This document shows, one piece after another, positions 1-9,885 of a DNA stretch of 64,000 nucleotides. The notes beneath the pieces were generated by a model. The model was not told where the DNA came from and ran no database searches. It saw only the letters and a list, made by a program, of their open reading frames with translations. Source of the stretch: Epiperipatus broadwayi (Eukaryota; Animalia; Onychophora). The stretch is from positions 17,856,001-17,920,000 of the forward strand of contig JAQFVV010000004.1 in NCBI GenBank assembly GCA_028023455.1. Reading direction: 5' to 3'. Position 1 is the stretch's first letter. Every line of letters begins with the position of its first letter. Both the position numbers and the translations under genes were made by a program.

Positions 1-524
1 TGCATTAAAAAATGACTGGAATGTGAAAATTAACATTTTGATGCATACCATCATTATTAGTCAGTATAATTAAGGGCAGTTAAAAATGCCATTCACTTCT
101 GACTTATCAATAGTCAAAATAAGAGTCGTATATCACATGACCCTATCTCTTAAGCTTGTAAGTTATAAACAATGAGGATTGCCAATTCCTCTACAAGCTT
201 TATGATAAATGCTTAGCCAGAGCCAGCACTTAAAATATCTCTGTCAGGAACCCCTCCCCAAAACCCTGACCATGGTTTCGTGCTTTGGCACACCTCAGAG
301 AGATGTCAGGGTAGGTTCAGACACTAGATCTAAAAATACCAACCCAAATCCTACATATATATGATTCAATATTACTATCTTCATTTCACCATTATCAATT
401 CACTATAGAATGAGGATCTCTATCATAATTTTCCTTCTCCAAAATATTTCATTAAACTTCTTTATCTCACCTAATTCATTTTCACATGTTTTTTCTCTGT
501 TTTTTACAATCTATTAATATCCAA

Positions 525-762
525 CTCAAACACATACTTTCAAGCTCTCTTCAGCTATCCACTCCATCTTATATAACCAATACACATGACCACATACATG
601 TGAAAAAGGTAAATATTGTCCAATGTATATTTCACATGTGTGGTCATGTGTATCAGTTATATAAGATGAAGTGGACAGCCAAAGGAAGCTTGAAAGTCTG
701 TGTTTCAAATCCCCTCTTATTACATCTAAAGTTGAATATATATATTATATCTTGTATTCAAA
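525..762. mobile_element. Short inverted-dimer copy of HHR repeat family F1
   Basis: Arms ~527-602 and ~633-706 are reverse complements and match the repeat at 6606-7435. The insertion is flanked by an exact 13-bp direct repeat TATTAATATCCAA (512-524, 763-775). Confidence 0.75.
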
Positions 763-1289
763 TATTAATATCCAATTTAAGAATTCAGTTGGTGATTCTG
801 TTGTCTAATTTCTTTTAGTCTCTTAATTCTTCCAAAGGTATCAGATATTTGTTTTTTCACTGATGTCTCACTTTGAATCCCCCTTTCTTCATCTAACATA
901 TAATTCTTCACATTTCATTGTGCTAGTTTAAAAAGATTCTGTATTATACTTCTATTAGATGTCTAAGCCTTACAACTATATGTAAGCACTGTTAAACACA
1001 CTTCTTAAAAAAAAAAAAAACCTTCCTTTTTAAATACATAAGCATATTTCCTTTTAATATTACTTCTATCAAAAGCACTGTTTAAATTAATTGTAATGGC
1101 ATACTTATATATCGTTACATATTTTTTTCATTATGGTCCGGGCCTTCATTTGCTTCCATTGGTCAAGCTAAATTTCTGCCCCCTCCCTTCCAAGTTTCTT
1201 TTTTTTTTTTTAATGTTTTTGTTTTTTTGAGGAAGTTTACTGATATGTAACGGCATATTTATATATCGTTACATAATGTTATGATTACT

Positions 1290-1790
1290 TTCATCTATTT
1301 CCATCCACATTATAGTCACAAATATCTATTATTGCTAACTTCTAAATCATTATTATCAATCTTTATTTTCTTTTGGAAAGCCACAGAACACAATTTAATC
1401 TTTTTTAGCACTTATCTTTAGTTCTATTTTCTTGCTTTAATCAAATAGTTCTTGTAATATTTCCAAAAGCTCTGAAACATTATTTACGAACCCAAACACA
1501 TCATTTGGCTTAAATAATCTTTACTTATTTTTATTCTTTTAGCTTCCAATTTTAATCCACAAAATACTTCCCATATAATTATTATAAACTACTGTAAAGA
1601 GATTGAAACACCTTATGATACATTTTATTGATGTTGATCATGTTGCATTCTGATGAACATTTTTCAAAATTTTTAAAATGACCTGGAACTGGGTTTTGGT
1701 GCTCCAAAATTTTAATGACTGTAAAAATGCCTAGAGAGTCAAATTCCTTTTCACAATTTACAAATCTGATATAAAATGAGTTCATGTTGG
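1290..1790 (-). pseudogene. Decayed RTE-like LINE reverse transcriptase fragment
   Basis: Minus strand gives RFVNCEKEFDSL (cf. FVDxEKAFDSV), then ELLEILQELF..SKKIELKISAKK..IKIDNNDLEV..RYL, the RT C-terminal pattern of RTE elements. Stops and frameshifts present. Confidence 0.7.
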
Positions 1791-1835
1791 ATCTTTCAAT
1801 AAGTTATTTAATATTTAAATGTGATTCATAGAACT

Positions 1836-2127
1836 ACTAGCTGTTCCGTGTGGTTTTGCTCGCATTAGTAAAATGAAAGAATGTCATGTTAATTAAAATA
1901 TATTTAAAGAATATTTACATAAAATAATAATACAGGAGTTATCATCAGTAATTAAAAAGGAGTTATAACTTTTTTTTATATAAAAATGCTTTACAATAGT
2001 AGTTTTGACCTGCTGTTGATAAATCATGTATTATATCATGTAAATATTATTTAAATATATTTTAATTATCAACTACATTACATTCTTCCATTCTAATAAC
2101 ATGAATAAAGCCACAGGTACAGCTAAT
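1836..2127. mobile_element. Non-autonomous Helitron-like (Lep1-type ends) remnant
   Basis: Left end ACTAGCTGTTCCGTGTGGTTTTGCTCGC and right end AAAGCCACAGGTACAGCTAAT are degenerate inverted versions of the CGAAGCCGCGGG..CAGCTAGT Helitron-type terminus. Confidence 0.5.
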
Positions 2128-2129
2128 GT

Positions 2130-2620
2130 ATATATATATACCAATAATAGTGGTCACAACTTTAGTTGCATCTCATCTCTTTATTTTTTTAAAGTTAAAT
2201 AGTTCTTTATACAGGAATATATCTGATCAATAAGTAAAGTACTTTTTAAGATTCTCATCAACATTTTAGTCACATTGTTATTTAAGCTAAATGTTTCAAA
2301 ATTTTTATATTTAAATGAATTAGTTATTTTTCTAAGAGAAATTCTTATTCTTGAAAGTAAAGTTACTGGTTATTCGCCTGGGTCGTACACTACAATATAA
2401 ATCAATTCTCTCAAACATCTGCACTTTAGCAATATTTTTTTCAGTTAAAGGTTTTAAACTTCTTTCATCATAACTACACAATTTATTTCACCTGCATCTC
2501 AAAATCTTTTCAGTGAGTGTATTTTTTTTACTAATAACTTCCCATTTCTATCTTTAATTGTTTCTTCATTCTTTAAACTATTTTATGTAATTTCAATGTG
2601 CATCACTCCTTCCATGGATG
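2130..2620 (-). pseudogene. Probable continuation of the RTE-like RT (N-terminal part)
   Basis: Purine-rich minus strand with a degenerate DP..PVTLLS (NYRPISLL-like) motif, colinear with the flanking RTE fragments. Confidence 0.35.
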
Positions 2621-2727
2621 AACAATATGCAAGATAAGTTTTACTTATTTATGCTATTTTTGATATTGTGGAAGTCAAATAATGTTAATAGATTACATAT
2701 TTATATCAATTCAAATATTTATTTAAA

Positions 2728-3128
2728 AGCAAGGTTGTTTAAAAATATTATTTAAATATATGTTTTGCACATTCTATTTGTATATTATTTAAACAAATTA
2801 AAAAAAAAATTATTTGAATAGTTTAAATTTTAATATTTTTTAAAAAATGTACCATGTATTTACTTAATTCTTTGGAAGTGGAAGATAAACAAAAAATCCA
2901 ACCATTTAAAAACTTCCTTCATTATCTAAGAATATATTTAAAGGGAAATCATAAATGACAATTTTCATTATTCAAATGTTTGCTTAAAGGACAAAGGTTG
3001 TTTTAAAATATTACACAAATAAATATTTTGTACATTCTATTCAACAATGTTTTTTTAAAAAAAATCAAATGGCATTAATTTTTTTAAGACAGTAATTACT
3101 TGAATAGTTTAAATTTTAACATTTTTTT
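2728..3128 (+). repeat. Local direct duplication (~120 bp)
   Basis: AAGGTTGTTT(A/T)AAAATATTA...TTGAATAGTTTAAATTTTAA occurs at ~2728-2840 and ~2993-3128. Confidence 0.6.
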
Positions 3129-3399
3129 TATGAAATAAATAAACAAATTAAGTTTTGTTTTCTGATTTTTAAAAATTTAAGTTTATGACATAATAAAAAT
3201 ATTTAAACTAAAACCTAAAAGATCAAATTCAGTAGTATAATGATATTTAATTTCTGTATTATGTATTTTAATATCCAAGCCATCTCATACTTTGCCTTTA
3301 AATAATTTTCCAACATCTATGAGATACTCATGAGATGAAATGCACTATGGCTTCTTTTTTGGAGTCAAGAATGTCTCAGTTACCATGCCCAGAGACACC

Positions 3400-3760
3400 T
3401 GTTAGCCACTTTACCTTTCCTTTCCATTCCCTGCCCTAAATTATTTCCATATTCTTCTCTATTCTGTTCCATTCCATTTCAATAACATAATCTTTTTCAA
3501 CTATATGGCCTTTATATGTAAATCTCCCTTATCTTTTTCTAAAACCAGCAACTAAGAATTCACTTTTTGTATAATAACTTTGTTTATATTTATTCTTCCA
3601 CAACTTCATTATTTGTACTCTATCTGTTTGCAGACATTTACATTCAATTAACAGATGCCTAATATTTTCTACGCCTTCCTTACATAACTTGCAGACTAAA
3701 TCACCCATATTTTTCCATTTATATGCATACCCTCATTGCTAAAGATCTTGTTTGAGCCTT
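3400..3760 (-). pseudogene. 3' fragment of a non-LTR retrotransposon ORF2 with CCHC zinc knuckle
   Basis: Open minus-strand frame at 3601-3710 reads MGDLVCKLCKEGVENIRHLLIECKCLQTDR (CxxC..E..HLL.EC). Confidence 0.55.
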
Positions 3761-4299
3761 AAAGAGTAAACTACTTTCCTTACTATTAACATAAATTAAC
3801 TCGCAACCAATAATAATTTTTAATCTTCAGTGCTGCCATCTTTTTGCTTTTTATGATGTCATTAGAAAATGGCTGCAATTTTGACACATTTTTATATTTC
3901 AAATTACCAAACTTTTTAAAACAAATACTACAAAGCAAAAATTCATGGCCTATGTTGTGCAAGATTCATCAAGACTGGTCCAATATTTATTGAGTTAGAA
4001 AGTAAAAAATAAACTAAGTTTTCATATTTATATATCAATATACATATAGATAGATAATCATTTAAATTTAGCTTGATTTTTTTTTGATTGGGTTGAATCT
4101 AATTTTCTCTGTAGTTGATTTATAATGATCTTAGTAAAGATCTTATGTAGAATTAATGGAAAACTTATATGTTTTATTAATATAATATATATAGCCACTA
4201 ACATCTCTATTTCTTCGCTTACTTTTTTAAAAATTATTGATAATAATTCAATCACTTTTGGGGGTTTTACTTTTTTTCATAAATTTAATTAAAATGACT

Positions 4300-5540
4300 T
4301 ATCTCTTCATATAAAATTTTTGGCATTTCAAAAGATATAAAAATGAAATTTTATTTTGTTTTCCTTATAAATTCTTGTATATCCTTTATGATACCATTTC
4401 TGTATTTGATAATAATGTAATATTTTATTGATATTGCTGAAAAAACTTTTCTTTCAGTACTAAGTGCTTTCATTGCCATTTCACTATTATAATTTATGTG
4501 TTCATTAATTCTTTGGGTACCATTTTATAGAATTTAAATATGAACTCTTTTAAATCAAATACTTTTATGTCATTTCTTTTCTTCAAATATTGCTTTAATT
4601 TTGATGAAAATTCATCTGTGAATTGATACTTTTTGGTCTTCTATCTGTATAGCTGTTTTGAAAGAATATGTCATTGATATCATTCAAATCTGAACCAACT
4701 TGAAAATAAATTAATATTTTAAAATAATTTGCAAGTTCTAGTTTTAATTCAAGGGAGTATTTCTGAAGCTTAGTAATATTAACTGTTAATATTATATTAA
4801 GTTTTTCCCTCTAATTTTGTATTAATTTCCCTCCTCTAGTTTGGCATTATACTTATTATTTCATTCATTGATGATCATTTCTTGTGTTGAATCTATTAAG
4901 AGTATTCAGTTTTGAAATATGTATTTCCTGCTAATCAAAATATAACATAATTTTGCTGAATCTTTATTTGGATTTCCCATGTCCATTTCAGCTTTGAATT
5001 TTTTTTTTCAAAAAGAGAGCGAGAGTATTTTCTGAAAATTCTACAAATCTATGTTTCCTCTCATTTCTGTCTCCATATAAATTTTCATCTTCCAATTGAT
5101 TTCCACTTCTAGCATTAAAATCTTTCATGTCAACTTTAAAATGTTATTTGATCTAATCAAAAGCATTCCCTATGTCTATTTAAAAATCCTCTACTTCTTC
5201 ATCAGTCGCAAACTTGTCGAGGCATAAACCTGAATTATCTACTTTTGATATTTCCCATTAAGTTAAATAATTAATATTGCTAATTTTCATAATATACCAT
5301 CAATCCCTTCCATCTTTTATTCATAATGAATCCCATTTTATTTGTTTTCAATATTTGTACCTTTACAGTAAAGAACATATCAATTTTTCAAATCAATTGT
5401 TTCTTCACCTTTCTTCTAATTTTACAAAATCTAGACAATATCCCATTTAATATTATTCACTTCTTTCAACTCAAGAAATTGTCCTTCATTTGAAAGTGAT
5501 CTACAAATGTAGATATTTAAATAGTAAATCATCACCACAT
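4300..5540 (-). pseudogene. Decayed RTE-clade LINE apurinic endonuclease domain plus linker
   Basis: Minus strand yields LNISTF..RSLSNE, KWDIV, IIQVYAST..DEEVEDF, MKDFNAR, KWTWE, YILISR and NDHQ. These are the APE motifs of RTE elements, with many stops and frameshifts. Confidence 0.75.
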
Positions 5541-6700
5541 ATCAATTTAGGTCTCTAACCCAATGATTCTTAGCATCTTCTGCTTTCAGTTGCCAACTAC
5601 TGCCTTGCATGAGATATTGTAAGTATATACAAAAAGATCATTCACACAAACACATAAATACTATTAAGCATCTGAGAAGAATAGCTAGACTATTATTTTG
5701 ACGTTAAACTCAAAGACAGAAGACAATAAACTTACCATATAAATGATGTATTTTAGTAAGCTTTCCATCTATGTTAATTTATCATTTCAATAATCACATT
5801 AATAACAGTTGCAAGGGTAAGAATATATGGAATGAACACTAATAATTTTCCATGCTTGTTTATTTGAAGATCTCAGAGAAGAATCAAATGATTTTTTTTT
5901 AATTAATCGCAATTTTCTTTTTAAAACTATACTTGGTACATTTAATCCTGAAAATAATATTTTCACTAACACTTTTTCAAAAAAATTCATTCTCAAATAA
6001 ATCCTGTAATTTAAAAGTTAATGTGAAATGTATTACAAATGATTAAAACAATTGGCAAAATTTAATAAAAATTATATAATACAATAAATAACTTTTTCTT
6101 ACTTATTACATAAACAAACCAAAACATTTAAAAGTATCTTTAAATTTGTCAATACATCAATTAGTTCTACTTCTACTTTATTTTTTCATCATTTCTGTAG
6201 TTTATTCAATATAGTGTTATTGTCAGAAATCATACTTCATTATATTTACTTGTAAATTATAAACAATGTTTGATTTTGTAAGTTTTTTTATGTTTTAATA
6301 ACCAATTAATTACTTTTGATATTTTTATTGGAAAAAAATGGACAAAGCAACAAAAAATAAAATCAATGAAAAAAAATCTACTTTTATTGGTATTTTCACA
6401 CTAAATAAATATACTCCAAAAATGTTATTTTATTATAAAATATAGTAGCCATAAGTATAAGTTTGTTTAAAAATTGGGGAAAAAATTATGTAATGAGAAT
6501 TTGTGTATGTGTTGCATTGCATTAGAAAACTGCATGAAGAGTCTTAAATTTCACTTTTCATTTTATTTTAAAAAATTGTAGTAAATTTATTAGTAAGTAG
6601 TATTTATAGGGGATTTGAACAGACTTTCAAGCACCCTTCAACTATCCACACTATTTCATACCACCAATACACATGGCCACACACATGTAGAAAAGTTAAT

Positions 6701-6756
6701 TAATCACCAATATATGTATTTTGTGCTGAACCAGAACTCATCACTTGGTTCAGATA
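6701..6756 (-). ncRNA. Type I hammerhead ribozyme motif (decayed copy, F1 left arm)
   Basis: Minus strand: ACCAA-GTGATGA-GTTCTG GTT CAGCAC-AAAA-TACATA-TA-TTGGT. Core carries C3>G and CGAAA>CAAAA changes. Confidence 0.65.
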
Positions 6757-7284
6757 ATCATCTTCCACACATATACACAATCACTGCTCAGTTTATATTA
6801 AGATAGCAAATCTTCACACTTTAATGGACAGGCTTCAATCTACTCCAATCTCCAACTCTTCAGCCATCTATACCATTGAAAATCTGATGATGGGAATGCC
6901 CAAATCCCATACTGGTGCCAATATTATTATGCTCATGTTGAACTCAAATCACTCTGACCCTTCATATACAGAACCTTATCCATTTAAATATATAGAAGAG
7001 GGATGGGCAGGATGCAGGCTTAATGTGTAATATTTGAAATACAGTCATTCTTCATATGTATTTAAATGAATAAGGTCCTGTACATAAGGGTCAGAGTGAC
7101 TTGAGGTCAATATGGGCATAATAATATTGGCATCAGCATGGGATTTAGGCATTCTACCATCAGATTTTCAATGGTATGGATGGCTGAAGAGTTGAAGTAG
7201 ATTGAAGCCTGTCCATTAAAATATGAAAATTTGCTATCTTAATAAAAACTGAGCACTGATTATAAATATATGTGGGAGGTGATG

Positions 7285-7339
7285 ATCTGGACCAACTGAT
7301 GAGTGTTGGTTCAGTACAAAATACATATATTGGTGATTA
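7285..7339 (+). ncRNA. Type I hammerhead ribozyme motif (F1 right arm)
   Basis: ACCAA-CTGATGA(7296-7302)-GTGTTG GTT CAGTAC (fully pairable stem II)-AAAA (CpG-decayed GAAA)-TACATA-TA-TTGGT. Confidence 0.75.
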
Positions 7340-7742
7340 ATTATCTTTTCTACATGTATGTGGTCATGTGTATCAGTGGTATGAGATAGTGTGGATAGTT
7401 GAAGAGTGCTTGAAAGTCTGTGTTCAAATCCTCTATATTTACAAGTAAGTTCCAGGTATATGAAGAATGCCTGTATTTCAAATATTATTATTAGTATTTT
7501 AAATGAACATAATTGAGTGAAAACAGACACATAATAAATATCACTTCCAAATTTATTGCTAATAACATTATTTTTTAAATTTTTGTTTATATTATATACA
7601 ATCTTAATTTCTATATTATATTATATATGAAAAAAAAAATTAGTATTATATATGTGCTAAAAAGTACTGTATATCTATCTACAGTACAATAAATAATACA
7701 GCTAATAATACTCAAGGCTAAATAAGTTTATAAATGTAAATA

Positions 7743-8705
7743 CACCTGGGTCTCGTTTTACGCGATAGATAGGTTCCTCAGAAAACACGTGCAAACGAAA
7801 TCGTGCAAAAATAGACGTAACTTACCTTGAAAAAGAGGGGATACGGATGGTGATTTTTCAAAAATCGCGTAAAAGCAAAGCACCAACGTAAAATTACTTT
7901 AAAATTCGCGCAAAAAAAAAATAAGGAAATAAAATATGACTAATAAATAATTTCAAATTTGAAAAAAATTGATACAAGACGAACTTTTTTTAACTATAAT
8001 ATTTAATTTTATTCAAAACAATATATTATTATGCATAATTTACAGTAATTTATATTTTTTTATACACGTTTTAATTATTATTGTTATTTTCCGGTAAACA
8101 GGTTCATTTGCAAACTGATAAAAAAATCAGATTCTTCACAAGATGAAATACAACTAGCGCCAACGTCACTCTCATGTTGTGTTAATTAATGGTTTTCTGG
8201 TGACAATGTAATTAGTAATTAATCTAACAACTAAAAATTAAATTCTTATTTTTGTCTTTAATTTTCAATTTTAATTGTGCCCACTGCTATTACTCACTTT
8301 TTAAAAATAAACTTGCGGACACTAAATGATTAATAATTGATTACGTTCTTTTTTAAAAAGCAAAAACAGAATGTGATTTAAAATGCAAAATTAACACGCA
8401 CAATGTTTGAACAAATTTACATTATAATCTTGTAAAATTTAATGTGTGTATACATAAAATGTGGAAATCATGATTTTAATTTCATTATGCATAAAATCTT
8501 ACTATTATAAAGCACTGAAAATATTGAAATTACTAAGTTGAAAGTAGAATTTCAATAATGTGCTATTACTTTCAATATAATGTAAGTGCACGAAATTTAT
8601 TATTCAAAGTAATAGCGCAATATCGGAGTTCGACTTTCGGTGAAACACGAATCGCGTAACTTCAAAATCGTGTTAAATAAGTCCGTGTAAAAAGAGACCC
8701 AGGTG
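7743..8705. mobile_element. Tc1/mariner (pogo/Tigger-like) MITE
   Basis: ~22-bp TIRs CACCTGGGTCTC(G/T)TTTTAC(G/A)CG. TA on both sides (7741-7742, 8706-8707). No ORF. Confidence 0.85.
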
Positions 8706-9227
8706 TACATGAAAGAAGACAACACTTAAACAATACCAATATCAATAACAATCAACAATCTCAATTTGTTGTCAAGACAACCTCCTTTTAAATGCTTTTA
8801 CATTAACTTGCCCTATTTGTGTTTCTGTCAGTATGTCCACATTTTTTAATTAACTATGAAAAAAAATCAGTCCCTGTTTAGAACTCCAACTCACATCCTT
8901 ATGTTTACAAAGAAAACTCCTTAGCAACTAGGTCAACAGAAATACTATATTTGTAGGGTAAAATTGTGTTATTATAATATTGGTTTAATTAATACTTAAA
9001 TTAATTAAAAAGACGATATATAAATATGATTATATAGTAGATAATCACATATTTAAATTTAGAATTGTTAGTTAGAAGGTGTATTTTTTATTTTCACATC
9101 TTATTATTAAATTATAATTTTTGTCATACTTTCTGTAGTTTTAACCATTTTAAAAATAATATATAAATATAACTAAAAATTAAAAAAAGATGTAAAAAAA
9201 TTTTTTTTTTAAATGTTTTTATATATA

Positions 9228-9564
9228 GGGTAAATGAGCACAGACTTTCATACCACTCACCACTCTATCTCATATCCCTGATACACTTGAAGACATATAT
9301 GTCGAAAAGATAATTTCATGCAGCATGAAATATGTATATTGGTGATTATTTATCTTTTCGATATATGTGTTCAAGTGTATCAAAGATATGAGATAGAGTG
9401 GTGAGAAAGTCTGCCATGAAATACGTATATTGCTGCATGAAATACGTATATTGGTGATTATTTATCTTTTCGATATATGTGTTCAAGTGTATGATAGAGT
9501 GTGAGAAAGTCTGTGCTCATATACCCTATTATATTGATACAGGTATATAATAAGTTTGTATTTC
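9228..9564. mobile_element. Internally rearranged inverted copy of family F1
   Basis: Ends GGGTAAATGAGCACAGACTTTC / GAAAGTCTGTGCTCATATACCC. It carries repeated HHR 3' halves GAAATA(C/T)GTATATTG(G) and an F1-type tail ending TGTATTTCA. Confidence 0.8.
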
Positions 9565-9885
9565 AGTTATAATGCTTTTATGTAAATAGCTAACTAAAAA
9601 CTACAAAATAACAAAGTAATCCCCTCTCAGTTAAAATAATTTGCCATTCTTGGAAAATATCAAAGAACTTAAGAATCTAGACTTGTCATAAAACAATTGG
9701 AAATTGCAGGAATATTGTTGTTTCATAAAAGCATTGAGACTCAAATAAATCATAAAAATGAAATGACAATATTTCTGCAATTTTCAATTGTTTTATAACA
9801 ACTCTAGATTCTTAAGATCTCTGATATTTTCCACGATAGGAAAATTACTTTTTAGTTGCTATTTACAGAAGAGCCTTATTTTAAA
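9565..9885. repeat. Foldback element (~90-140 bp imperfect arms)
   Basis: TGGAAAATATCAAAGAACTTAAGAATCTAGA...GTTTCAT (~9648-9725) is the reverse complement of ~9759-9835. Homology extends outward past an insertion in the left arm. Confidence 0.75.

Larger units (their letters stand above)
6606..7482. mobile_element. Inverted dimer (palindrome, ~400-bp arms) of HHR-bearing family F1
   Basis: 6606-~7000 and ~7049-7435 are reverse complements with a ~48-bp spacer. The right arm has an extra ~47-bp tail. Flanks resemble a degraded duplication (TATTAGTAAGTAGTATTT 6588-6605 vs TATTATTATTAGTATTT 7483-7499). Confidence 0.85.

Noticed and set aside
486-818. 110-aa ORF and related ORFs at 526-708, 6615-7030 and 7234-7530
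   Set aside because: They are chance frames through F1 repeat copies and are not conserved in frame between copies.
6606-7435. Interpretation of F1 as a MULE or Harbinger MITE with long TIRs
   Set aside because: Asymmetric tail, long variable flanking duplications, a monomeric copy and an embedded HHR fit a retroposed unit better.
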